Program-made: the position numbers and the translations under genes | Sequence record: PZ171032.1 | Source of the DNA: a phage | Reading direction: 5' to 3' (one strand) | DNA length: 64,000 nt | The notes under the pieces: model-generated | What the model was told of the DNA's origin: nothing | Seen by the model: only the letters and a program-made list of their open reading frames with translations | Database searches by the model: none | Part shown: positions 45,863-54,353 of the stretch, one piece after another | Position numbering within the stretch: the stretch's first letter is position 1 | Layout of the letters: every line of letters begins with the position of its first letter

Positions 45863-45909
45863 AGTTTACTTTATTGATGGCCCTGGAGTCAAGGCCATCT
45901 AAAAATAAA
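45863..45909 (-). promoter_or_regulatory. conserved 47-nt intergenic cassette, copy 1: hairpin GATGGCC...GGCCATC with embedded minus-strand promoter TTGACT-18-TAAACT
   Basis: Identical except one base to copy 2; on the minus strand the -35 sits in the hairpin loop and the cassette begins 2 nt after the upstream stop codon. Confidence 0.5.
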
Positions 45910-45911
45910 TT

Positions 45912-46253
45912 TTACTCGTTTTCTTCCAGCTCTGAAAGCTCTTCTTTCACTTCTTCCAGCTCTGTCTGCAATTCCCGGTATTCTTCATCGTCCTCAATAT
46001 CCAGGCTGTCGATGTAGTCGCTAAATCCGCAGCGGTAAGCGATAGGATCTAACTCCTTGAGGATACGCGACGGAAGAAAAGAAATGTTTCCGATCATAAT
46101 TTCGCCGTAGATCTCGTCTAACCATTCATCATAGTTTTCGTCGTACTTGTCCTCGTCGATTTCAAAGTTATCGATCTTGTTCTCAAGGTCTGCGATCTGT
46201 TTTTTCAGCGCGGCGATCTGCATAGCTTTTTCTGCGGCGGTCATAGTAGTCAT
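45912..46253 (-). CDS. hypothetical acidic coiled-coil protein
   Basis: AAGGAG SD; 113 aa. Confidence 0.5.
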   Translation of the reverse strand: MTTMTAAEKAMQIAALKKQIADLENKIDNFEIDEDKYDENYDEWLDEIYGEIMIGNISFLPSRILKELDPIAYRCGFSDYIDSLDIEDDEEYRELQTELEEVKEELSELEENE

Positions 46254-46304
46254 GGTGTTTTCTCCTTTTGTGTGTTCTGGGAAGTTTTCCCGTTTACGTG
46301 TCTA

Positions 46305-46332
46305 AGTATACCGATTTGGGTTAGCTTGTCAA
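46305..46332 (-). promoter_or_regulatory. minus-strand sigma70-type promoter (TTGACA-16-TATACT), followed by AGACAC and a GGGAA-aac-TTCCC 5'-UTR hairpin
   Basis: Read directly on the reverse complement. Confidence 0.55.
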
Positions 46333-46452
46333 TTAAAAATTTAAGAAAAATTTTGCGACACCGTTGGCGCTACCCATCAACATTTGCGCCAGGATGTACC
46401 CAATGATGCAAACGATGATGGTTACCTTTGTGTGCTGGCGTGTAGTGCTCAT
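46333..46452 (-). CDS. small membrane peptide, 39 aa
   Basis: AAGGAGG SD; MSTTRQHTKVTIIVCIIGYILAQMLMGSANGVAKFFLNF. Confidence 0.4.
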   Translation of the reverse strand: MSTTRQHTKVTIIVCIIGYILAQMLMGSANGVAKFFLNF

Positions 46453-46483
46453 CTTCAAGCCTCCTTTTAGCCTAACTGAGATT

Positions 46484-46530
46484 AGTTTACTTTATTGATG
46501 GCCCTGGTGTCAAGGCCATCTAAAAATAAA
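46484..46530 (-). promoter_or_regulatory. conserved 47-nt intergenic cassette, copy 2 (hairpin with embedded TTGACA-18-TAAACT)
   Basis: See copy 1. Confidence 0.5.
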
Positions 46531-46531
46531 C

Positions 46532-46927
46532 TCAATAAGTTTTTAGTACTTTCCCGTCCAATCTGTCAAGCTGGATCTCGATAGCTGCAGAAAACCTATT
46601 GTAAACCACATCACCCAGGGAGTCCAGCCAATCTATGACGTTATATACCTGCTCTTTATTCTTGCAAGTCCGGATCCGTTTCATTACGTAAGACGGATCA
46701 ATATTAGCGCTCTCGTTGTTGTGGTCCTGCGCATGGCCTGCTGCGCTAGTTATAGATTTTACAACCACCTGAAAGGGCTTTAAGGTGCCTTTTGCGTTCA
46801 TCTCACGCGCTTTTGCTGCGCGGTTGTTATATGTTACACAACGGCGGCAAATGTTGACCAAATGCATATCAATAATTTTTTCATCGTTTGCCAGTTCGTT
46901 CATGATGCGGCGTACGTTCTTATTCAT
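46532..46927 (-). CDS. hypothetical protein
   Basis: 131-aa ORF. Confidence 0.5.
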   Translation of the reverse strand: MNKNVRRIMNELANDEKIIDMHLVNICRRCVTYNNRAAKAREMNAKGTLKPFQVVVKSITSAAGHAQDHNNESANIDPSYVMKRIRTCKNKEQVYNVIDWLDSLGDVVYNRFSAAIEIQLDRLDGKVLKTY

Positions 46928-46975
46928 GATCTTTTTCCTTTGTGCTGGCGGGAAACATTCCCGCCTTTTGTGTCT

Positions 46976-47003
46976 AGTTTACTTAAATTTTGCAGCGTGT
47001 CAA
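46976..47003 (-). promoter_or_regulatory. minus-strand sigma70-type promoter (TTGACA-16-TAAACT), followed by AGACAC and a GGCGGGAA-tgt-TTCCCGCC hairpin
   Basis: Read directly on the reverse complement; same architecture as 46305..46332. Confidence 0.55.
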
Positions 47004-47009
47004 TGATTT

Positions 47010-47408
47010 TTATTCGTGGGCGCATGTTACAATGTGTTTTTTATAGCCCAGGTGGTCAGCAAGTGCCGACAAAAACTCTTCTTCGTAGATCCAGCCGTCG
47101 GCAGTGATCCCCATAGCATTTAATGCGCTCTCAAGTGCTGCGTTAGCTTTATCGTAACCGTGACCGCTCGCCTTGCCGCCAGTATAACCGTACTTATTGT
47201 TCTTGTTGTCGTGAATCCAAAACACGCAGTAGTGAGTGTTCCCGCTGGCGGCGGCATAATACCGGATCTCAGCTACTTCGTGCAAATTATTGCCATCGTC
47301 CAGGCCAACCAGATTATAAGCCTTGTAGAATCCACGATCACGGCGGCAGTTCTTGACATCAGAAAAAGAAAAGTCCGCATTATCAAAATTAAAGGTAGTG
47401 GTTTTCAT
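47010..47408 (-). CDS. hypothetical protein
   Basis: 132-aa ORF. Confidence 0.5.
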   Translation of the reverse strand: MKTTTFNFDNADFSFSDVKNCRRDRGFYKAYNLVGLDDGNNLHEVAEIRYYAAASGNTHYCVFWIHDNKNNKYGYTGGKASGHGYDKANAALESALNAMGITADGWIYEEEFLSALADHLGYKKHIVTCAHE

Positions 47409-47472
47409 GATTTTATCCTCTTAGTGTCTTTTGTGCTTTTAGTGTATTTGGTGTCGGACTATATGTCAATAC

Positions 47473-47670
47473 TTATTTTTTATTAAACCAGTGGTTGATC
47501 TGGCCTTTTGTCAGGGCGCAACGATTAAGCTGTTGCCGGGTATAGCTCTGACCGCGACGGAATTTATAAAGGCCTTGCCCGTTGTTGATGGTTACGTCCA
47601 CCTGGCAAACCATTTGATCGGTGACGGCCTGGCGAGTGTTGCGACGTACTTTAATTCCGTAGGCGTTCAT
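47473..47670 (-). CDS. hypothetical basic protein
   Basis: 65-aa ORF. Confidence 0.4.
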   Translation of the reverse strand: MNAYGIKVRRNTRQAVTDQMVCQVDVTINNGQGLYKFRRGQSYTRQQLNRCALTKGQINHWFNKK

Positions 47671-47687
47671 GATTTTTATCCTCTCTG

Positions 47688-47930
47688 TTAATTAGTGTGG
47701 TGTTGTTCACCTTGCGAGGATAAGAATAACAGAACTATCCGAGCTGTCAACCATTGGTTAGAATTATTTTTTGGGCAGAATTCTCCAGCCGCCGCCCCTG
47801 CCAGGTTAACCATCATTTTTTCGTACTCTTCTTTATGTTCCAACGCTCCCGCCATAGCCTTTTCAACCAGGGTGATAGCCTCAGCGTCATTAATCGCTAC
47901 ATTTCCCAGGTGAGTAGCATTACCTTTCAT
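47688..47930 (-). CDS. hypothetical protein
   Basis: 80-aa ORF; GGAGG SD. Confidence 0.45.
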   Translation of the reverse strand: MKGNATHLGNVAINDAEAITLVEKAMAGALEHKEEYEKMMVNLAGAAAGEFCPKNNSNQWLTARIVLLFLSSQGEQHHTN

Positions 47931-48087
47931 TTTTGCACCTCCTCTTCAATTGTTTACCCTACAGCATGGGCCTACCAGGTTTGCAAGATTTCACCCTCTC
48001 CCACCTGGTCAGTTAGGTCCTGCCAGGCTGGCCCCGCCAGGTTGCAACGGTTAGCGCATCAGGTTAGAAAAATTTTTTGAAAAGGTG

Positions 48088-48116
48088 TTGACAGCGGCCC
48101 CGCCAGGTGGCACAAT
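48088..48116 (+). promoter_or_regulatory. candidate plus-strand promoter (TTGACA-17-CACAAT) inside the leftward block, preceded by four CCAGGT(T/G)GCA-like repeats
   Basis: Read directly. Confidence 0.4.
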
Positions 48117-48119
48117 ATA

Positions 48120-48230
48120 CCTATCGAAAGGACGGCAGGCACCGGTGACGGGGGAGACAACCACCGGGGATGGGCGCTGCATAAAATGAGAACGGTTATC
48201 ATTATCATTTAAAAATTTATGCAAAAAATC
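48120..48230 (+). ncRNA. candidate small RNA unit 1 (structured, GC-rich stem then AT-rich tail)
   Basis: Downstream of promoter; CCGGTG...CACCGG stem, GAGACAA core, GCATAAA...TTTATGC inverted repeat. Homologous to unit 2. Confidence 0.3.
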
Positions 48231-48264
48231 CTTGCCTTCTTTGTCCTGTGTGATACTATAATAA

Positions 48265-48360
48265 CAAGCCGGGGCAACAGGGGCCGGGAGACAATCACCG
48301 GGCCTGCCCGTTATTCTGCAAACGAGAATGATTATCATTCAAAATTCTAAATGAGAACTC
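48265..48360 (+). ncRNA. candidate small RNA unit 2 (paralog of unit 1)
   Basis: Own promoter-like site (TTGCCT ... TATAAT at 48232-48262); shares GGGAGACAAnCACCGGG and GAGAAnGnTTATCATT blocks with unit 1. Confidence 0.3.
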
Positions 48361-48459
48361 CTCGCATTTAATAAATTTAATTAGCACGCTAATTACCCTC
48401 CGTAACAATTTCCTATAAAATAGTATCCACTAAAATATTCCCATATAGAAATTTTAAAA

Positions 48460-48640
48460 ATCCATTTCTGAAAACGAAAAATCGATTTCGTCCCCAAAAA
48501 TTTCAGGTCGAGAGCCGGAACGATTTCCAGAAAATCCGATTCAGAAAACGAAAAACAGATCGAGTACTGAGAAATTTATCGAGAAAAATTTTCAGAAAAT
48601 TCAATCTTTGAAACGAAAAACAGATCGAGTACTTGGAAAG
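48460..48640. repeat. three degenerate tandem repeats of about 68 bp, each with GAAAACGAAAAA(C/T)AGATCGAGTACT core
   Basis: Read directly at about 48467, 48540 and 48607. Confidence 0.6.
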
Positions 48641-48943
48641 CTGCGCCACAACTTCAAGGTAGTGGTTGGATTATTACTATAAAAGGTCAAGGGTAAGTGG
48701 GGGAAGTTCTAGTAGAAGGGTGTGAGCATGTGCGGGAAATCTGTAATGGTGGTCTGGAATATGGTGCAGACGATAGGATGAGTGGTTCATCTCGTCGTGC
48801 CTGCTCTGAAAAATCCATTTTAGTTTTCGATCCATTTTCTGATTTTCTAAGGATTTTAAAATATCCTGGTAGGTAAAATATCAAAAGGAGGAAATCCATT
48901 TTAGAAATCCTCCTGATCTCTGGCAACCTGATAACTTAAAATA

Positions 48944-49276
48944 TCAGGCTCCCAGTGTGTTCTTTCCTTTATACAACCGTAAGGGTATAGTTTTTGTAAC
49001 AGTCCATCTCCCCAGCCCTTCCCAGTTCCAGTTGTAGGCATGGTACCCGGTTACGCATGCACTGCTGGAGTGATCATAGGCATAAGAGAACGCTATACGC
49101 ACCAAATGAAACCAGTCTTTCCACGGTTGTGGTCCGTAAGCTTTTCTCCAACACCGACACAAGCTAAATGTCTCAAGAATAGGCAGGATAACAAATCCAT
49201 ACACCGCCACCAGAATAGCCAACGCAATGATTGTCAGGAATACATACCCTGCAGTTGAAACGATGATCTCTGTCAT
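48944..49276 (-). CDS. membrane protein (two or more TM helices)
   Basis: IIVSTAGYVFLTIIALAILVAVYGFVILPI. Confidence 0.5.
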   Translation of the reverse strand: MTEIIVSTAGYVFLTIIALAILVAVYGFVILPILETFSLCRCWRKAYGPQPWKDWFHLVRIAFSYAYDHSSSACVTGYHAYNWNWEGLGRWTVTKTIPLRLYKGKNTLGA

Positions 49277-49476
49277 TTGTCGTCCCCTTTCTTATGGATA
49301 TAGATATGAGAGCCTGCCTGTATATAAATTTCTCGACCATCTTCTGCAAAGATATGAAATACACGATCACCTTCATACTCGATACGAGATATCTTCATAA
49401 TGGTCTTTCCACCTGGGATACGGATCTCGTCCCCCACAGCGATGTTCCATGCAGATTTAAGCTTAAACATCTGCAC
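49273..49476 (-). CDS. hypothetical protein
   Basis: 67-aa ORF. Confidence 0.4.
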   Translation of the reverse strand: MQMFKLKSAWNIAVGDEIRIPGGKTIMKISRIEYEGDRVFHIFAEDGREIYIQAGSHIYIHKKGDDK

Positions 49477-49708
49477 CCTCCTTTGGGAACTTGAACTCTG
49501 GCATAGCCATATACGCTACAACAGGGTTGTGATCAAAGTAGAACTGACCGTTAATTATCCCGGTTTTACTCACATAGTTACCAGATCCTGCAAGAGCAAC
49601 CTCGCAAGCTCCGAAATCTACATTGCCATCCTCATCAGCCATGGCTACGATATACTTTCCTAGAGGCATGTTTTTAACGCCGTCTACAAATGTCCACCCT
49701 TTGTTCAT
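49463..49708 (-). CDS. hypothetical protein
   Basis: 81-aa ORF. Confidence 0.45.
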   Translation of the reverse strand: MNKGWTFVDGVKNMPLGKYIVAMADEDGNVDFGACEVALAGSGNYVSKTGIINGQFYFDHNPVVAYMAMPEFKFPKEGADV

Positions 49709-49728
49709 ACTTTATCTCCTGCACTTTC

Positions 49729-50061
49729 TTAAGGTAACCAGTAAACAATCTCGCCTTTCAGCTTCATGTCGTTTCCAACATAAATTTCCCAGCCATCCAT
49801 CTTAGCAACTGTAGGCCCAAAGTCATCCGCACCCCTTACCTCTTTCCAGGCTCCGTAGTCAGGTTGCCAGATATAGAATCCACCTTCTTTGTCCCATGCT
49901 CCGTACACTACGTTTAACAGGTTTCCCATTGCAACAATGGTGGGCCGTGGGAATAATACATCTACAGATGCGCCACAATTTCGGGTATCTTTTAAGTTGC
50001 AATCCCAAAAGATGTCTGCCAGTGTGGCGGCGATAGCTTTACGTCTTTCCAATGTTACCAT
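49729..50061 (-). CDS. hypothetical protein
   Basis: 110-aa ORF. Confidence 0.45.
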   Translation of the reverse strand: MVTLERRKAIAATLADIFWDCNLKDTRNCGASVDVLFPRPTIVAMGNLLNVVYGAWDKEGGFYIWQPDYGAWKEVRGADDFGPTVAKMDGWEIYVGNDMKLKGEIVYWLP

Positions 50062-50071
50062 GGCACGATAC

Positions 50072-50263
50072 TCACTTGTTGTTAATAAGTTCTAAAACTT
50101 TCTGTCTTACTTTGTCAAGGTCTGTTGATTCAAAAACTGTGCGATATCCCCAACTTTGCCCATAGGAGTGACTGCAATCTCCGTAGCACCATTGCTCAAT
50201 TTGATAGTATTCAAGGAAGGGGTGCTGTCTAACTATGATGCCATCCCGGTTAAAAATTACCAT
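50072..50263 (-). CDS. hypothetical protein
   Basis: 63-aa ORF. Confidence 0.4.
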   Translation of the reverse strand: MVIFNRDGIIVRQHPFLEYYQIEQWCYGDCSHSYGQSWGYRTVFESTDLDKVRQKVLELINNK

Positions 50264-50326
50264 AATACGTCGCTCTCTGTTAGTCTGTGCGTATATTATA
50301 CACTGTAGTTTTCAGATGTCAATCTT

Positions 50327-50521
50327 TTACAGGTTACTCCAGTATACTCGGCATTTACATTTCGGGCAATGAGGCTCTTTTATGTAATAACCATCAGTCT
50401 TTGGAACACTTTTTGGTGCAGTTTTAAGATTGTACCGAGTAAAACACCGGAAGCAGGTTACCTCTCCAACCTGTTGATCGTTTATCCACTCGCCAGAGTA
50501 AAGCTCTCTCTTGTTTCTCAT
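50327..50521 (-). CDS. small zinc-ribbon protein
   Basis: CFRCF...CPKCKC; start set at MRNKREL behind GGGAGAG (the track ORF starts at an upstream GTG). Confidence 0.45.
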   Translation of the reverse strand: MRNKRELYSGEWINDQQVGEVTCFRCFTRYNLKTAPKSVPKTDGYYIKEPHCPKCKCRVYWSNL

Positions 50522-50547
50522 AATTCTCTCCCAAATCCTCTGCAATC

Positions 50548-50718
50548 TTATACCAAAATCTCCAGCCAGAAAGCACACGGGAACACTTTGATGATTGAAT
50601 CTTTACCTGGTTCAGCAGTTCTTTTTCCGTAGGGTAGGTAGAAATACCCTCCTGCAGATTCGAACACAGCCCCTTCGGTTGTATCTATCACAGCCAGAAT
50701 TAAGATTTTAGTCTCCAT
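50548..50718 (-). CDS. hypothetical protein, 56 aa
   Basis: GAGAGGGAG SD; METKILILAVIDTTEGAVFESAGGYFYLPYGKRTAEPGKDSIIKVFPCAFWLEILV; below track cutoff. Confidence 0.35.
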   Translation of the reverse strand: METKILILAVIDTTEGAVFESAGGYFYLPYGKRTAEPGKDSIIKVFPCAFWLEILV

Positions 50719-50771
50719 AGTGCTCCCTCTCTCAATCGTTGTGGTGACTATACCATCTCAAAAACCCGCTG

Positions 50772-51230
50772 TCAACACTTTTTGTACTCCACCACGATAA
50801 TATTCATATCAAAAGTGGCAAGGTTAATAACGTCCTCTACGTGCTCCCACTTCAAACCGCCTATGCCGCACCCGATCTTAGGGATGTAGAATGGTAAAGT
50901 CGATCCACTGAATACCTCATTGACTAGCTCAAAGCCTTTCAGGATTGAGAAATATTCAGCATTAGGTCCTGGGTAGAACTGAGTATACAGATTGATTCCG
51001 TAGACAATACCTCTCGGAGATAAGTGCTCCCATCGGGAGAACGCACCCAGTTTACTTAGGCAACCGTGTCTGGTCTCTTTGTCAGCTGCCAATGCTTGAG
51101 GGAACTCACGGGCAATCTGTTTTGCTATCCCCTTGCCCATTGTGTGGAAGCAGTTACAACCGTGGATCAGGTGACCAGCACCGCTCTTAAAAAGGGAGAT
51201 TAAATCTCCCTCTACAGTATCAATAATCAC
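50772..51230 (-). CDS. macro domain protein (ADP-ribose binding / ADP-ribosyl hydrolase-like)
   Basis: VIIDTVEGDL...GAGHLIHGCNCFHTMGKGIAKQIAREFP and later IGCGIGGLKWEHV match macro-domain glycine-rich loops (compare recalled DarG-type HGCNAQGVMGSGIA). Start set at GTG behind GAGGAG, overlapping the upstream stop. Confidence 0.6.
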   Translation of the reverse strand: MIIDTVEGDLISLFKSGAGHLIHGCNCFHTMGKGIAKQIAREFPQALAADKETRHGCLSKLGAFSRWEHLSPRGIVYGINLYTQFYPGPNAEYFSILKGFELVNEVFSGSTLPFYIPKIGCGIGGLKWEHVEDVINLATFDMNIIVVEYKKC

Positions 51231-51645
51231 GGTATGCCAGCTCCTCTTCCGCAATTTCAAAAAACTCAGTCCAGCACTGTGGCATATTGGAGTTACCGAA
51301 GTGGCTTTCATAGTAAAGGTTCTCACCACTTGGAAGATAGAAATCTGTTACCTCATAGAATCCACAATCGTCGCACTCGCCTTCTTCAAACTTAGCCTCA
51401 ACCTTAATACCGAGGAAGGTGAAAAGTTTATGGATATCTTCAGTTTCGAACTCCCAGTGAATGTTGTTTTCCGCATCGGTGTAGAACTGGATCAGCAGAC
51501 CATTGTCCAGTTTACCAAAATACTCTGTGAAGTAACTTCCTTCCCAGAAATCTTTATGACAAATAATATCCATGCGTTTGCCCATAATAATGGTGTGAGC
51601 GTTTTGGGCATCGTCACGAATCAGTTTTGGCATTTCATAGATCAT
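51220..51645 (-). CDS. hypothetical acidic protein
   Basis: 141-aa ORF. Confidence 0.45.
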   Translation of the reverse strand: MIYEMPKLIRDDAQNAHTIIMGKRMDIICHKDFWEGSYFTEYFGKLDNGLLIQFYTDAENNIHWEFETEDIHKLFTFLGIKVEAKFEEGECDDCGFYEVTDFYLPSGENLYYESHFGNSNMPQCWTEFFEIAEEELAYRDY

Positions 51646-51713
51646 CTTAGTTCTCCGGGTTCAACAGGTGGTGGTGCTACAGGAAGATCATAAAACATGG
51701 CTATCACAGTCTC

Positions 51714-51911
51714 TTACACAGGAATTGCTTCAAACAGGCCGTTATCTATACCATCCTTCAGATAAAGATTATACTCTATGTCGGTATCTGTATAAAGGGC
51801 AGCATCCAGCATTCTATCTGTGAGTCCATCCATTGGGTGGAGAAACCACCACCCACGCCAGTCAAAGTAACAACCTGGTGCATCTTCTCTTACACGGATT
51901 CGATAAATCAT
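51714..51911 (-). CDS. hypothetical protein
   Basis: 65-aa ORF. Confidence 0.4.
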   Translation of the reverse strand: MIYRIRVREDAPGCYFDWRGWWFLHPMDGLTDRMLDAALYTDTDIEYNLYLKDGIDNGLFEAIPV

Positions 51912-52007
51912 GGGCAGTGGCCTCCTGTTAGTTATACATCCCAGTTTTCTTCGTTCATCACGTCCTCCCGTTTTATGAAGTTATAATTGCACACCTTTCA
52001 ACCTGTG

Positions 52008-52424
52008 TCAACAGAAAACTTCAACAAATTCTTCCACAGTTTTAATGTCGTGGGAAAAAGGTTTACGGCTATAACGGGCAATAGCACTATCAACCACCGC
52101 CCGGTACTCAAGATCTTCAGAGTATTTCATGAAGCATTGCAGTGTTTCTGGACAGATAGCCAGATAGCTCCACCACCCTTCATCAGATTGATAGTCAAAG
52201 CCCATGCTCTCCAACCATGAAGCATATACTCCAGCACCCTCAAGCCAGTGAGTATTTTCATCCAGAAACTTGTTAACAGACATGTGAGCTTCTAAGCACT
52301 TGTCCAGCTCTTTTCCGTTAACCAGCCACGCACTGACCGTGGCGCATCCAAGGTCTACAGATTGAGTTGACAGGTTGTATTGGTCATAGTTCTCAGGTTT
52401 AACAATGATATCTTCTAATGTCAT
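52008..52424 (-). CDS. hypothetical protein
   Basis: 138-aa ORF. Confidence 0.45.
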   Translation of the reverse strand: MTLEDIIVKPENYDQYNLSTQSVDLGCATVSAWLVNGKELDKCLEAHMSVNKFLDENTHWLEGAGVYASWLESMGFDYQSDEGWWSYLAICPETLQCFMKYSEDLEYRAVVDSAIARYSRKPFSHDIKTVEEFVEVFC

Positions 52425-52486
52425 TTTTCAGATCTCCTTATACAAAAATGCCCCACCCTTTCGGGCAGGGCTATGTCAGTTAGGTG

Positions 52487-53110
52487 CTAAAAGTATTCAT
52501 AGAGGTATCCATCGGGAGCTGGAATTTTTTCATGAATGTAGTAATCAACACATATTCCGGTTTCTCTTCTACAAGAGTTGTGGGATACCCATTCTTTAAG
52601 AATGTTGCCATTCATGTCCAGCCTCCTTACATTTTTACACCGTCTACCGCTGGTGCTTCTATGCAACAGAATATCCTCCGTCTGCTTGTCTTTATTTTCT
52701 CCCCAGGTCGTTAAACGGATATTATCAAAAGAGTACCCTTTGAAATCATCTATCCTGTCACAAGAAGGCTTTTTCCTTTTGTCGTATCCGCTGGCTACCC
52801 ACTGATCATACAACTCTTTGTAACCGTTTAGGTATAGCCACTCCTTAAACTCTTTTTTGGTGTAAGTCGGAGGAGGGTGACCTCTTTGCTTGCTGTTGCA
52901 CTTTTGAGACTTGTACAGCACGCGTATTACACCTTTTTCTGAAGAGTCGTGGGAAAACTGGTCAGCCTCTCTGCTGGCCTTCTTACAGCACTCTTTGCAC
53001 TTATTAAGATGACCGTCAGCCATCTTTGGATGTTTGTAAAACTCGGAGAGGTTTTTCACCTCTCCGCACTTGATGCACCTCTTACAATGCGTAGATTCTA
53101 CTTTTACCAT
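52487..53110 (-). CDS. zinc-finger protein, possibly a free-standing homing-endonuclease-like gene
   Basis: N-terminal CKRCIKCG...CKECC zinc finger with F.K motif and basic C-terminal region; no catalytic motif recognised. Confidence 0.3.
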   Translation of the reverse strand: MVKVESTHCKRCIKCGEVKNLSEFYKHPKMADGHLNKCKECCKKASREADQFSHDSSEKGVIRVLYKSQKCNSKQRGHPPPTYTKKEFKEWLYLNGYKELYDQWVASGYDKRKKPSCDRIDDFKGYSFDNIRLTTWGENKDKQTEDILLHRSTSGRRCKNVRRLDMNGNILKEWVSHNSCRRETGICVDYYIHEKIPAPDGYLYEYF

Positions 53111-54353
53111 ATTGCAGACCTACCGGAGCGAAAGGTATGTCATCACAGAAGTCATACTGCGCCGGATTCTGACCCATCGGGTCATCTTCCGCATCATTTA
53201 CAGGAGGAGCGTCTACAGTGTTTTGCTGTGGAGCTGCTTCCTGTTTGGCAGCCTGAGGTTCTTGATGGTCGGTTGACCCAGCACCGTTCTTGATCCAATC
53301 GTACAACGGTTCAGCCAGATTAGTCAAGACATCTTTTGCTTCTGCAGTAATTGCCGCTGCAAAATCATCAACTTTCGTTTTCTTGTCAATACGGCGACAA
53401 GCGTTCAACACCGCATTACCGACACTGGCACCTACTTCATCTTCAGTTCGGTTGGTGGCTTGAGCATACTCTTTCTTAAGCTCAATAGTGACTACGTGTA
53501 GTGTTTTAGCCACTCCTAGTGGGTCGTCTACCTTAAACCCGCGATCCAGGATGATTTGCAACGCATTGATGCTATGCCCCGTTTCCACACCGATAGGGTC
53601 GTAAGAGGATTTACGCTTGCCACCAGAGCCTTGAGTACCGTTCTCTGCCTTAGGAGGATAGGCCTTGAAACCACTGATAATGTTTCCGGTGTCTTTGTCA
53701 ACAATGGCTGCAACACGACCACCTACCACCAGGTCTTTAAGCTGCTCATCAGTTACAACCATAGCACCTTCGCCAATCTTGTGGTCATTAACAGTAACCA
53801 CGTTGCCAACAATCTGAGTCACATCACCATAGATGCGTAAAACGTCCTGATTGGCATTCTGCTGAGGTTTCTGCTTCTGGCCTTGTGATTGTGCACCTTG
53901 TTGCTGTTTTTGCTGCTGAGTCGCTGCTGGAGCCTCTCCTGCACCCAGCTTAACCATCTTAGCCAGTGAGCCTTTGTAGTAGGTCTTACCGTTATGCTCG
54001 TTTGCCTTCAAAGGGATATTTACGATCCATCCTGGCGTTACGGTTTCCCACTTGTCATCAATTTTAACAGAGACAGAGTCTTGATGACCCGGTTTAAGCA
54101 GCTTATCGCCCATACTGATCCAAACTTCTTCACCACCTTGAAGTAGGTTATCAGAGGAATCCAGTTCAGAAATCAGTAAAGAGATGGTGTGGCTGGATTC
54201 AATTTTCTTACCTTGCCACACAGTGGTTTTAATACCTGTTGTAGGATCAGCACCTTTGATAGGCTTGATGCTGACACGTTTAATCATGCCGTGAGCTAGT
54301 AAAACAGTTTCACGCGGATTCATCGGGTTAGCGAATTGTTGAATAACGCTCAT
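53082..54353 (-). CDS. SSB-like / ssDNA-binding or recombination-associated protein (tentative) with Q-rich linker and internal DFCDDIPF motif
   Basis: Gln-rich low-complexity linker ([20 protein letters not shown]) and ...YDFCDDIPF resembling the E. coli SSB C-terminal tip, but followed by 19 more residues that overlap the downstream gene. Confidence 0.35.
   Translation of the reverse strand: MSVIQQFANPMNPRETVLLAHGMIKRVSIKPIKGADPTTGIKTTVWQGKKIESSHTISLLISELDSSDNLLQGGEEVWISMGDKLLKPGHQDSVSVKIDDKWETVTPGWIVNIPLKANEHNGKTYYKGSLAKMVKLGAGEAPAATQQQKQQQGAQSQGQKQKPQQNANQDVLRIYGDVTQIVGNVVTVNDHKIGEGAMVVTDEQLKDLVVGGRVAAIVDKDTGNIISGFKAYPPKAENGTQGSGGKRKSSYDPIGVETGHSINALQIILDRGFKVDDPLGVAKTLHVVTIELKKEYAQATNRTEDEVGASVGNAVLNACRRIDKKTKVDDFAAAITAEAKDVLTNLAEPLYDWIKNGAGSTDHQEPQAAKQEAAPQQNTVDAPPVNDAEDDPMGQNPAQYDFCDDIPFAPVGLQYGKSRIYAL

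Noticed and set aside
48051-48338. Minus-strand 95-aa ORF
   Set aside because: It lies entirely within the promoter/repeat/sRNA-like island, has no SD and a low-complexity Gly/Pro/Ala-rich translation; probably non-coding.
48460-48640. Possible CRISPR array (repeated about 28-nt cores separated by about 40 nt)
   Set aside because: Only three degenerate copies; the spacers are themselves similar to one another (the unit is a 68-bp tandem repeat); no leader or cas genes.
50327-50718. Programmed frameshift joining the 56-aa ORF to the zinc-ribbon ORF
   Set aside because: An internal ATG (MRNKREL) with a GGGAGAG SD lies just after the upstream stop, so two separate coupled genes explain the layout without a frameshift.
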